A DNA stretch of 64,000 nt, taken from the NCBI GenBank assembly GCA_965202585.1, contig OZ241829.1, positions 14,880,001 to 14,944,000 on the forward strand. Direction: 5' to 3'. This document shows, in pieces, positions 11,249 to 22,559 of this stretch. The stretch comes from Thalia democratica (Eukaryota). The position numbers and the translations under genes are program-made. A model generated the notes under the pieces. It was not told the origin of the DNA. It searched no databases and worked only from the letters and a program-made list of their open reading frames with translations. Position 1 is the first letter of the stretch. Every line of letters begins with the position of its first letter.

Positions 11249-13417
11249 ATGGCACACTTTGAAAAAATCAACTTCCATTATTCAACAAAAAATATTCCTA
11301 TATGCAGCCAAAACGAATACAAGTTTAAGCTAATTGACAAGATAAGAAACTTCTGCAGGCGAATTAGATTGAAAGTTTTCTACTGTACAAACAAAGAAGA
11401 AAATGAAAGTATGTATGAAAATGAGGAAAAAATAGAAACTTTTGGATTTAAATCAAAATTCCTACCAAAACAAGAAGAAGAACTCAAACTTTTTGAAAGT
11501 GATATGTTTGACATTGTTAGACAATTAAAATTCAGAAAGATAAACAATAAATTCCAAGAAAAAATTCAAAAAGATGTAAAAACAATAAGAAACAGCAAGC
11601 AAATCTATGTGGCCGCAGATAAAACAACAAATTATTATAAATTGAACAAAAATGAATACATAAAATTAAAGGAAAATTCCATCAGAAAAACATACAAAAA
11701 GAACAATTATACTGTAATTGACAGTATAAATAAGGAAGCTAAACAAATAGTCAAAAAATTAAAGCTTGATAAGAAGCTAATCAACCAACTACCATTAAAA
11801 GATTGTTATGTAACACTCAAAGACCACAAAGACAACTTCTTCTCAAAGCCAGAAACAAGACTAATAAATCCATCAAATTCAGACATTGGACAAATTAGCA
11901 AAATTATAGTTGAAAAAGTTAACAAATCAATCAGAAAAACAAAAGAATTTAACCAATGGACTAGCACAGAAGAAGTACTGAAGTGGTATAAAAATTTGGA
12001 AAAGAACAAATACAAATTAATGAAATTTGATGTTAAAGATTTCTATCCCAGCATAACCAAAGCACTTCTAAATAAAGCAATTGAATTTGCAAATAACTTT
12101 GAAACAATCACTGAACAAGATAAATCCATAATAAACAATGCTGCAAAATCTGTTTTAGTAGACAAAGAAGAAATTTGGACAAAACAAAGCATAAGTGAGA
12201 AAGATAATGAGCTGTTTGACATAACAATGGGGAGCAGACATGGAGCTGAAATAAGTGAACTAGTTGGACTTTATATACTCCAAGGCCTAAAGCAAACACT
12301 ACCTGATAAAATAATAGGAATCTATAGAGATGATGGATTAATAGCTTTAGACAAATCAACAAGCAATGTTGAAATAGAAAAAAAAAAACTACATAAATTT
12401 GCTAAATCAATAGAAATAAAAATAATCATCGAAAACCCAGCATTTCAAATAAACTTCCTGGACCTAAACTTAAATCTAAAAAAACACAGCTTCTTCCCAT
12501 ACAGAAAACCAAACAACAGAATCAATTATGTAAATGCAAATTCTAACCATCCACCAGCAATTATCAAACAAATCCCAAAGATGATAGAAAATAGATTAGC
12601 CAAAAATTCAAGCAGCAAAAAACTATTTGTCAGTATAAAAAAAGAATATAATGAAGCGTTAAAACTAAATGGATACAGTCATGACATAAATTATACAAAA
12701 ATAACCAATGAAACAACTGTGAAAAAGAGAAAAAGAAAATGTATATGGTTCAACCCACCGTTTTGCTGTTCAGTGAAAACAAATGTGGGAAACAAATTCT
12801 TAAAAATAATAAAGAAGCATTTTAGCAAAGAAAGCAAACTAAATAAATACATTAACAGCAACTGCATAAAGCTAAGTTACAGCTGTATGCCAAATGTCGA
12901 AATGACAATCAAAAGCCACAACAAAAAACTGTTGAATAAAGAAAAAATCACAGATGAGACGTGTAATTGTAGGGACAAAAATAAATGCCCCCTGAAAGGT
13001 GGCAATTGTAGAACTGAAAACGTCATATATGAAGCTTCAGTAAGCGCAAAAAACGAAACCAAAACATATATTGGAATAACAGCAAACCAATTAAAGAAAA
13101 GAATTTCAACGCACAATACAACAATCAATTGCAAACCTGATAACAGAAACTACAATAAATACGTAAATTCAACAGAACTATCAAAACTAGTTCACAAATT
13201 AAAAAACGAAGGAGAGGATTACAAATTAAATTGGAAGATCCTAGAAAAAGTAAACAAACACCAACCAGGAAAAACAACATGCAAGCTTTGCTTGAAAGAA
13301 GCCCTCAAGATATTACAAGAAAGTAACAACTGTATCAACAAAAAATCCGAACTTATGGGCAGTTGCAGACATGGGAACAAATTTCTGTTGATGAATTGGA
13401 AGCAAGCAATTTGCTAG
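11249..13417 (+). CDS. Penelope-like reverse transcriptase with C-terminal GIY-YIG endonuclease (722 aa from ATG 11249)
   Basis: N-terminus YSTKNIPI..Y...LI.K; RT motifs KFDVKDFYPSI, MGSRHGAEISELVG, YRDDGL, INFLDL; WFNPPF; CNC..CPL.G.C linker; GIY-YIG VIYEASV...TYIGITANQLKKRISTH. Confidence 0.92.
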   Translation: MAHFEKINFHYSTKNIPICSQNEYKFKLIDKIRNFCRRIRLKVFYCTNKEENESMYENEEKIETFGFKSKFLPKQEEELKLFESDMFDIVRQLKFRKINNKFQEKIQKDVKTIRNSKQIYVAADKTTNYYKLNKNEYIKLKENSIRKTYKKNNYTVIDSINKEAKQIVKKLKLDKKLINQLPLKDCYVTLKDHKDNFFSKPETRLINPSNSDIGQISKIIVEKVNKSIRKTKEFNQWTSTEEVLKWYKNLEKNKYKLMKFDVKDFYPSITKALLNKAIEFANNFETITEQDKSIINNAAKSVLVDKEEIWTKQSISEKDNELFDITMGSRHGAEISELVGLYILQGLKQTLPDKIIGIYRDDGLIALDKSTSNVEIEKKKLHKFAKSIEIKIIIENPAFQINFLDLNLNLKKHSFFPYRKPNNRINYVNANSNHPPAIIKQIPKMIENRLAKNSSSKKLFVSIKKEYNEALKLNGYSHDINYTKITNETTVKKRKRKCIWFNPPFCCSVKTNVGNKFLKIIKKHFSKESKLNKYINSNCIKLSYSCMPNVEMTIKSHNKKLLNKEKITDETCNCRDKNKCPLKGGNCRTENVIYEASVSAKNETKTYIGITANQLKKRISTHNTTINCKPDNRNYNKYVNSTELSKLVHKLKNEGEDYKLNWKILEKVNKHQPGKTTCKLCLKEALKILQESNNCINKKSELMGSCRHGNKFLLMNWKQAIC

Positions 13418-13813
13418 TATAACAAATGTTCAAATTAGGGTTTTGAATTTTGAGTTTTATTTGTTGTTTTTTATTATTTTGTTAAATGTTAAATATTCCG
13501 TTTCAACTCAAATTCATGCATTGTGTTTAACCATTACTAGTTAATATGTTGCTTTTTAATGTTTTGTTTTATTTCGAAGTATATTAAGAATTAAAGCCAA
13601 TCTTTAACTATAATCAAACATTCTGATATTATTATTATAATTACAATACAATATATTTTTCTAATTGCTAACTTAATCTTATCAAAATAATTAACAAAAA
13701 GCATTTCTCCTTACTCTCTCTTTTTTCTCTCTCTTTTTACTTTCATTTACTTTCTTTTTACGCATGAATAGTTATTTTGTATTTATTAATAGTTGCCTAA
13801 AATGTGCTTATTC

Positions 13814-13880
13814 TTATTTTGTTGAAGCCTGAAGAGATTGACTATCTGTCTTTCGAAACAGCTGTTGTTAAACAAAATAA
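13814..13880 (+). ncRNA. Type I hammerhead ribozyme in PLE 3' repeat
   Basis: Stem I TTATTTTGTTGAAGC / GTTAAACAAAATAA; core CTGAAGA (13829-35); stem II GATTGAC-TATCT-GTCTTTC; GAAA (13855-58); palindromic stem III ACAGCTGT; predicted cleavage after GUU at 13866. Confidence 0.8.
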
Positions 13881-13900
13881 ACTATAGCACTCTATTTGTA

Positions 13901-15390
13901 TGGTTTACTCTACCAACATTTTGTTGAAAACATGGTTTAATAGTGAAGCTTTGTTTGTAAAAAGCAGCTTGTACCTTAGTTCAAACCCTACATAACAAAA
14001 TAATATAATAATTTTGTTTTAATAAATTTTTTGTAACAGGTTTCTTTAAAAAAAGCTATAACATTAGAAGTTTTTTCTATAATTAGTAAATTGAAACATT
14101 TCCAGAAAATGAGTTTACAAAACTTTTTTTAGTGAGTTTTCCAAGTTTAGTTTCGAGGTCACATTTTAAGTTTAGACAATGTGTACACTTTGATCAAACT
14201 CATAAAGTTGATGAAGCAGCCTTAAAATTTCAATTTGGATTGCCTACAGAATTAATTCCAATTAAAAACTATGTAGCTGGGGACTGTTTGTTCAAGGCTA
14301 TATCCAAGTCACTATATGGTACTAAATACCATCACTAAGACCTAAGACTCTAAGTTTTTATTTGGATGTTGCATAATAAAGAAACTGCTGTCCAAATTAA
14401 AAAGAAAATATATTTCTCTGGATTTGGTTTCTCTAAATTATCTTTAGTGACAGATGGGGAACAAGCTCTGATAAAATTAGTATACAAAATATTTCCTGAC
14501 AGTTTAAGGTTTAGATCCCAATTTAAAGATTAGATGAAAGTCTAAAGTTTAGTCTTAAAATAAGAGGATAATATACAATTTTAGGAAACTAAACAATAGC
14601 TTTAGAAAATAAAATACTAATTTTTTTTCTAACTTAGTAATTATTTGTAACTAGTAAAGTTTTTTAACTTATTTATATTATAATATAGAATTTAACTGTT
14701 ATATCTTAAACTACTTATTTATTCTGTTGTGAATTCAAGAAGATAAATTTGTCTGATATAAGTTTGTTTGTCCTATACTGTTTTACTCTTTAATAAAACT
14801 TTTTAGAGGTAATTAAAAACGACTGAAACCATCAAACATTCAAGCAAAATTCTTATCTGACGATAAAAAGCTATCTTAATTAAAACCGCATATACATTGA
14901 ATGATATCTCCTTACATAGCTGCTGACTAGTAAGGGAATGCAGGTTCAAGCAACAGGGTATTATAAAAGAATTAAATGAGACTAGTTGATTAATTGATAA
15001 AAAAGTCTTTAAATCCATGAAGTTTATTGACTGAACTGCAACTTGTTATAAACAAAACTGAAGTTAAAAAGTTAGAATTTTAACAGGGAGAAATTAATAG
15101 TTGTTCTAAGCAAACTTCAAACAAAATTCTTAGCTGAAGATAAAAAATCTTTAGTAAATAAATAATTAAACAATCACAAGCAAGAAAAAAGGCTTCGATT
15201 GCTGACTTTTAAGGAGTAAGAATGCGTGTTTTAACAGGTTGCTTGATTATAAAATTAATAAAAATGTCTGTTACGCCACACTAATTAACAGCATTGCTGG
15301 TTAATAAAAAACACAAAATTTTTTGAAAAAAAATGTCTACGAATTGATAATAACTCTTTTGAATTTGTGCTAACTAAAACTGTTGTAAAA
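13901..15390 (+). pseudogene. OTU/vertnin-like remnant copy 2 + module C (paralog of 1990-3500)
   Basis: ORF 14132-14338 reads VDEAALKFQFGLPTELIPIKNYVAGDCLFKAISKSLYGTKYHH. Confidence 0.65.
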
Positions 15391-15721
15391 AAATTTTAAG
15401 AAGATAGATTAGTCTGATGCAAGTTTGTTTGTCCTATATTGTTTTACTCTTTAATAAAACTTTTCAGAGGTAATTATTAAAGATTAAAACCATCAAACAT
15501 TCAATCAAAAGTCTTGTCTGACGAAAGCATTACTGTTTGTTAAAAAACACAAAAGTAAAAAAATATTGAATGCAGTAGGTATATTCTATTGAGCATCATA
15601 CTGAATAACATACTCACTACTTGTTCCATGGTTGCCATAAGTTTTGGCAAATTTTCTCTAGGTTTTCGAAATTTCCTTTAGTTTTTTAAGTACACCTATT
15701 GGGACTATTGTTAGTTTAAAG

Positions 15722-16440
15722 CAGGGGTTGCCAACCAGGGATGCAAGATTGCTTATCATTTTTGTTTGATAAATAAGGAGATTTCACTCTCTGATAAAGT
15801 TTATAAAGTTAAAAAGTACATTTTGTTATAAAAAAAAGTTAGCGCTAATTTTCTGAATAAATTAATTTTGGAAACTTGAACCATTTATAAACCATTTAGA
15901 AATAATATCCAAGTCATTTGACGGATATTTTAAAATAGGAGAACTGGAAATTTCTGGAGAATGGATAATAAATCCATATTCTTTTAATTTGAATCACATG
16001 TCCGATGATGAGTCGTTAAAAGATGAACTTATTGAATTATGCATTTCTCAAAATGCAGTTTGAAAGCAAAACTCTTGAACAATATTGGTGTTGTTGAATG
16101 AATATGTTTCAAAAACTTGGTGAAAAAGCACTAAGTACTCTCATTCCATTCGCGACGACTTACTTGTGCGAGTCTCTGGATTTAGTACTATTTTGTCAAT
16201 AAAAACTAAATCTAGAAACCGCTTTATGTTTAATTGTTATGTTTTTAAATTTACAAGTATTTTAATTTTGTTAGTATAGTACACTATCATAAAAATCAAA
16301 ATACAAATTATGAATAAATGAAATCAATGACTTTAAAATCAAATTATTAATAGATAATTATGGCATATAGCGTTAGGCGGTGCGAGATCAAATTAAGAGA
16401 CTTTAGGGGTGCGGGGCATTAAAAAGGTTGGGAACCACTA
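15722..16440 (+). mobile_element. Internally deleted hAT (Buster/Charlie-type) transposon
   Basis: Ends CAGGGGTTGCCAACC / GGTTGGGAACCACTA; 8-bp TSD GTTTAAAG / GTTTATAG with central TA; transposase C-terminus LGEKALSTLIPFATTYLCES..FSTILSIKTKSRNR. Confidence 0.88.
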
Positions 16441-17289
16441 GTTTATAGTAAAAAAAAATGTATTAAATAGTTTAAAAGCATTGAAAAGACACTGTAAAGC
16501 TACTTAAAATGTGATTTTAATAAAAAAAGTTGATGATGACATAAAATTTTCATCTTGATTTCTACTTAACATGCAAAAACTGTTTAACAATTGTAGGTTT
16601 TTCCAAGATTGGAGGTTTTTTGGCAACCCTGTCTTAAATTTTTTTTTCTGTTATTTTTAAATTAAACAAAACTATTTGAATTCAAGATTAAAAAATTGGC
16701 TAAAAAATATAGTACTTATTTAACATAATTATATAGTTGATCGTTTGCTCAAGCAACCGCTAAAACTACGACTAAACTAATTTAATATTTTCAGTATAAA
16801 ATTATTTTAAGAAGTTTAAAATCTTACTAACAGAGTCAATGCGAATAAGGTAAAAAAGAAACAAGTAAACCTTAAGAGATTTTTTTATAACTTTTCTTTC
16901 AATAATTATAACTTAATCCAACATTTATAAAACAGAAATCTACAGCAAGTTGACAACTTTCAATTGCAATAATTTACATATTAATAAATGGATGAAAAAT
17001 AGGAGAAATCTAGAGTAAAAGTGCTGAAAAAGACAGCAAAGAAAATTCTTGATAAAGTAGTATTTAATATGTCAATAAAAAATAATTGGTTTCACACTCA
17101 TTAAATATTAAATTTCGGTGAAAATTTGACTTAATAAAACAATCTAATAAATAGGTTACAGTTATTTGAACGTTAAAAAAAGTAAAAATTGAAACTCATG
17201 CAGTAGCGTTATAAACTTAAACAGTTTAGTTACAGATGTATCTACTAAAACAAAAATGAGAAGTTTAAGAAATAATACTATTAGCACAG

Positions 17290-17822
17290 TAGAAAAAAGG
17301 AAATCGAGTTTAACACTAAATGGTAAACAATGACAAAATCACATCAAAAAATTTAATACCTAAAGCATTGATTGGTTTGTAGCTTTCCACTTTTGTAGTA
17401 TGTAATTTTTGTTTAAAAGATATATATTTATTGATAAATCGTGTAAAATTTTTTATTTTTAAAAACTAATTTTGACAGGAAGAGGGGTTAAACATCCCCC
17501 ATCTCTAAAGGTTATTGTTGTACGTGTTGCCGGGACTTTATTAAATCCTCAGCAATTGAAGGTAAAAACGAATTCAACAAGTAAAATAAAGATGATACTT
17601 CGTTTTAGTTAATTTCGAAATAGGAAACGCACACTGGGGAGTTGATGCCACTGAAGAGAATGGCAGTTTGATGTTAAACCGCCAAAACCAAAACTGCCAA
17701 ATGAAACTGAAGTGGCGTATTATGCCTGACAAGTTTTCTTGAATTCAAGAACTTGCCTACTTTATGGCATCAGCTGACATAGTCATAGGAGAAGAGCTGA
17801 TATGGAGCTTCGTTGGGAGACC
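17290..17822 (+). pseudogene. SET-domain remnant, copy 4 (best preserved; intron 17375-17478)
   Basis: Splicing ATTG|GTTTGT...TTTGACAG|GAAGAGGGGTT gives IGRGV; then HWGVDATEENGSLMLNRQNQNCQMKLKWRIMPDKFS*IQELAYFMASADIVIGEELIWSF in one frame. Confidence 0.78.
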
Positions 17823-19379
17823 AGTAGTTTCAAACTAAAGTCTCAGCCTTGGCTAAAAATTTAAACTAATCATTTGTAATTTTGACATTATAATTTTTTG
17901 AAAGCCCATTGTTACCAGAAGAATTTTTTTTTTTAGTTTACAAGTTAAAATGCTACTGTGAAAATAGCAACATTAGACAAATTTCCCGCCACCTAAAAAT
18001 AAGAATAAAAGATATTGTTCCAAAATGTATTACGTATTACATCAGTGACAAAAAAGATAAAAAGAGCGTAGCAGTCAAAATGCAATGAGAAAATCAGCTA
18101 TAGCTGAAGAGATACAATCATGAAGGCAAAAAAGAGAAACATCGCTAAACTATAAGAATAAAGTAGACCATATAATCAACAAATTTTTAAGTATTTTGTT
18201 ATCTTTAGATTACTGTTAGTTATTTTAACCTAAATGTAAAACAAATTAAAATATTTAAAGATACAGTCATGAAGACAAAGAAGATAAACATCGTTAAAAG
18301 AGACATATTAAGGTAGACCAATAAGAATCTGCACCAACATATTGTAACTAATCTGAACAATTATCATGAAAAAAAATTGACTAAGAGTTTAATATTGACT
18401 TATTTCATTTACTTTTATATTGTAATCAATTGTAATTGGTTTTTTTAATTAAACATGATGTTTCTGATAATAATACTCAAAAATGTACTACTCTTGATGT
18501 TTATCAAGTGTTATCGGAGCTCGCACTCAAAGCAAAACTACCTTATAGAGATGTTTAAATGACTAACAGATTCATAAAATGAAATGGGCAGTCTACTGGT
18601 TTGAAAAATATGTTTGAATAATGGAAAAGATGCAATCTATGCTACAGATGAATTAAATAATACAAAAACATCTTTTTTACAAAAAGATCTGGACCACTGT
18701 CAAATAATCCCAGCCACTTTGGGTAGTGATTGTTTATGTACTAGAAATTTATCTAGTCAATAATATCTTAGCTAAACAATCAAAAAACTTAAAGTAGATA
18801 TTCTAGATTATGAGTAGACGGTGATATAATAATAAAATATTTATTAAACAAGCAATCGCCTACAATAGTTGATGTTTAAAACAAATGTTGACATAAGTTC
18901 ATAAAAGCTGGTTGTTTTTAAGGTAATACTGAAAAAATGATTACTTTAAATAAAATATAGTAATTTAATCAAACAATTGGCAGTAAACAAAGGAAGGATA
19001 ATTTTAAGTATTTATTTGAATATTTTGTTGAAAAGTGCTGAAGGCGACTGCAGTTATCCTAAACTGCATGTTGTAAGCGAATTACATCTCTAGAAAAATA
19101 TCTTAAACAATGATAAAATATTTTCAAAGTAAGGAATGTCCTAAAAATTTGTTATTGTAATTACTACCAAATACAATGTTATTCAAATGATTTAGATTTT
19201 TAGTGTGTTCTCTAAGCTAAGTAACAAAAATAAATTAATGTGTAATTTTAGTGAGTTTAAAGATGATGATAGTATAAGTTCATGAAAAACAAAAAAATTT
19301 AAACAGATACAATAAAAAAATTTACATATTGAAAATATAAATGAATGAAAGAACGATAAGAATGTATTAAAACTTAAAA

Positions 19380-20760
19380 ATCAGTTCATGCTTTGAATAA
19401 CATTTCCTTACATCTGTTGATGACTGGTAAGGGAATGCAGTTTTAAGGAAGTGGCGTATACAAAGAGAAGAAATATGGTCAGCTAATTAATTGAATATTC
19501 TTCATATTAACGAAGCAAGTACATGGTTACATCACGATTCAAATTCAAACAATTCAGTTTCTAAAATAAAAATAATTAAAAGACTATATCTCAAAAAGTG
19601 AATTAAATTTGACTAAAGTAAAAAATACATATGTAAATCTTATTAAAATCTACAAGCAATTTTTTTTTTTAAATCTTAAATATTTTTTAAGATATTTTAA
19701 AGTTACTACAAATATTTTTTTTTATATAAGCCATCTGTCAAAAAATAAATAATGTTTTGCAAAAAGAAAAATATGGCTTGTAGATCTTTGTAGGACCTAC
19801 ATATTAATTTTTTATATTTGACAAATATACATTACTTTTTTAGTTATGGCCCTTTCAATTTTTACTTAAGAATTTGAATTGTCCAAACTTGAATTACCCG
19901 AATTTGAATAATCGTGCACCCCAAGAAGATTGACTTAACTGCAACTTGTTATAAAGAAAATTTGAAAAAAAAAAGACTTTTAATAAAGAGAAATTACCAT
20001 GACGTATAAGCAAATCAAGTCTGTTGTTAAAAAACTCAATATAAAATAAAAAAACATCAAAAAAGTTAAAAAATGTCTTTTGCTGAATGTTAAAAGATAA
20101 AAAAAAGGAAGGTTCAACCAGATGCTAAACTTTAATATAAATAAACACAATTAACTGGTACCCCACACTAATTCACAATCTTTAAAAATAATATAAAATA
20201 TATAAATACTAACACAGCATATTCTTATGTGATGTCACTGTAGAGAGTTATTGAAAAATTTTCATCCTTTTCTAGTTCGAAAAAACAGAAAATCTTCTAA
20301 CTTCGGTCAGAAATTGACTAAATACAAGCACGTCGATGCCTGCAGTCACATCAACCTCCTGCTTTGCTACTCTAAATGCACCGACTGCTCCTTAAGATTT
20401 CCTAACGTCAAATTTGATCGCCTGAACTTTTTGTGCGAGAAACTGAGAAATTTATAAAAATTTGCAATATGTCTTATATCATTTCTGCATGGTACCAGAA
20501 ATTAAATATTGAAAAATCTTTTAACAAACTTAAAAATTATAATGTTGAAAAGTGGCACACACCTAGAATACGTTATGAAGAAAATAAGTAGTGAACATGA
20601 CACAACTATCTTAAAACGAACAAAATGTACAAAAATTGCAACTAACACTTAGCATTTTTGTTCAGAAAACTAATTACAACTGATTTGGTGGGAAAAAGTT
20701 GTAGTTTTTACATAGATAAAAGCACAGATAAATCGGGATGCAGTTTTATAGCTTGTTGAT
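19380..20760 (+). mobile_element. Module C + hAT subfamily B N-terminus, with an insertion of about 400 bp (approx. 19523-19930)
   Basis: Reads ILKRTKCTKIATN...LVGKSCSFYIDKSTDKSGCSF. The insertion ending ...AATCGTGCACCC splits the GAAGCAAGTACA|TTGACT site that is intact in other module C copies. Confidence 0.7.
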
Positions 20761-22559
20761 TTTTGATAATCTTTTTTTTTTTTGTTTTTTTGATATAGTG
20801 ACTGCAGTAAAAAGAGTGAAGTTTGATCAAACAACTCTTTAATAAATTTGTTAATTGTTGTAAATTTTAAATTAACAATTTTGTAGTGAAATAGTTAACA
20901 AAAATAGTTAATTATTGTACAAAATACTTGGTTTATAATAGAATTCTTAGGAGACAGTTACATTTTTTATTTTGTCACTAGACAGTTTAGAGTATCTTAA
21001 CTATAAATCATATGTGTTTTTGTTTTAAGCATTAATATTAAGATTTTAATATATTTTTATAATCAGAACATCATGGTGAACAAAACAGGTTATTTTTATT
21101 TTCTTTCAAACTTACAGTTATTTGTGTATATTTTTGGCAGTTTGGCTTGCTTTTATTGTAAAATTTTGTATATAAACCAGAATATGCTTAGTTATAGATA
21201 GATATATTTGTTTAAACATAAATTCATCTATTCAAGTAAAATGTGAAAATATACATATTACTATGCTTGAATCTAGATTTGGTTTTAGTAATACTGTGAG
21301 AACTTAATTTAGAAAGGACTTCAAAAATTTTAGAATTTCAATTTTGTTTTTATAATAACTTTTATAATATTATAAAAATATTCTTATGTTTGGGGCTTCT
21401 TGTAATGGGCTTCTGTTTTAAATACAACACAAAATATAAAAAGTAGTTTGGACAGTTGTATGCTGGTGTGAGCATATACATAAGCAGATTTAGTAAGATA
21501 CTGTTTCCACGTTTCCATATTTAATGCTTTGAATTGACTTAACTTATGGTTTTTTTTTATTAAAAATAAAATTGTGTATAATACAGTAGCAATCTTTAAA
21601 GATTACTTTATTGTTTATTTAAACCGAATATCGTAAATATTTAAACAGAATAAATTTTGATAACCTTTTTTAATTAAGAAATAGATAGCAAAAGATAGTG
21701 TTCCATTTCAACTAGGATTCCAGAACATTGGTTGTAAAAGCGGTGTAAATATCTGGAGCTGAATTGCTATTTAGAGTACATTCGTAAAAACAAAGTTATG
21801 TCTAAATATTGGAAACAAAGCCTTGAAAATTTGAAGTCAATATTTTTAATAAGCGTTTCGCCAACATTGTGCACTCTTTAACAAAGTAAAACTTGTGCTC
21901 CAAGTCTGAAGGTTGTGCTAGCATTGGAAATTTAGATTTGGTAAATGTTAAATGTTTGCATTTAAGTTCAAGAACTTTAAGCGAAAAGAATATCGTTTGG
22001 ACGAGTTCTATTTTGAACATTGAAAGGTTATCAATTTTCATTTACTCCACCGGCGTAGATTCACCTACAATAGCTTCAAGTATAATTTAAACGAATATTA
22101 ACAGTGGCTGGCTGTTGTTAAGTAAGATGCTGAAAACTAAATAGTAAAAAAAGAAAACTATCTATTTTACTAACTTTTTAAACACAAATGAAACTTTTCA
22201 AAAGCATTTGTCGAAGACAAATGCCTTCTATTTACCAACTTTTTATTTTTAATAAATTTTGTCTGAATTGACATATCCATATCAACATCAAGTTTATCAC
22301 AAAAGCATGATACATTATTTAAAGAAAGTATTAAAAAGGCAAAAATTCAAGTTGTAATAAATAAAAAGCCATATGTAGTAGTTACCTTCATTCAATTTTT
22401 TGTTATACAGTGTCGAAAGATGAAATTAAAACACTTCAGGGAAAAATTATATAGAAAACATCTTAGTACAGCTGTATTAGTCCAAGTTTGATTTAATTGC
22501 TGAGTATATTCAGTATATAAGTTTTATGCGAAGCAGTGGCAAATATCAAACCTAACATA

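Larger units (their letters stand above)
11041..13900 (+). mobile_element. Full-length Penelope-like retroelement (probably Nematis type) with inverted terminal pLTR
   Basis: Intact RT + GIY-YIG ORF. Inverted repeat of about 128 bp at 11101-11228 / 13771-13900. TSD TGGTTACTCTAC (11029-11040) / TGGTTTACTCTAC (13901-13913). The right flank matches the paralog at about 2026-2060. Confidence 0.9.

Noticed and set aside
11806-13134. Minus-strand ORFs 11806-12015, 12108-12362 and 12877-13134 (also 44228-44416)
   Set aside because: Antisense shadows of the retroelement ORFs with no independent motifs.
21802-22090. Overlapping ORFs just upstream of the EVE as further viral genes
   Set aside because: No recognisable viral or other motif; short and on both strands.
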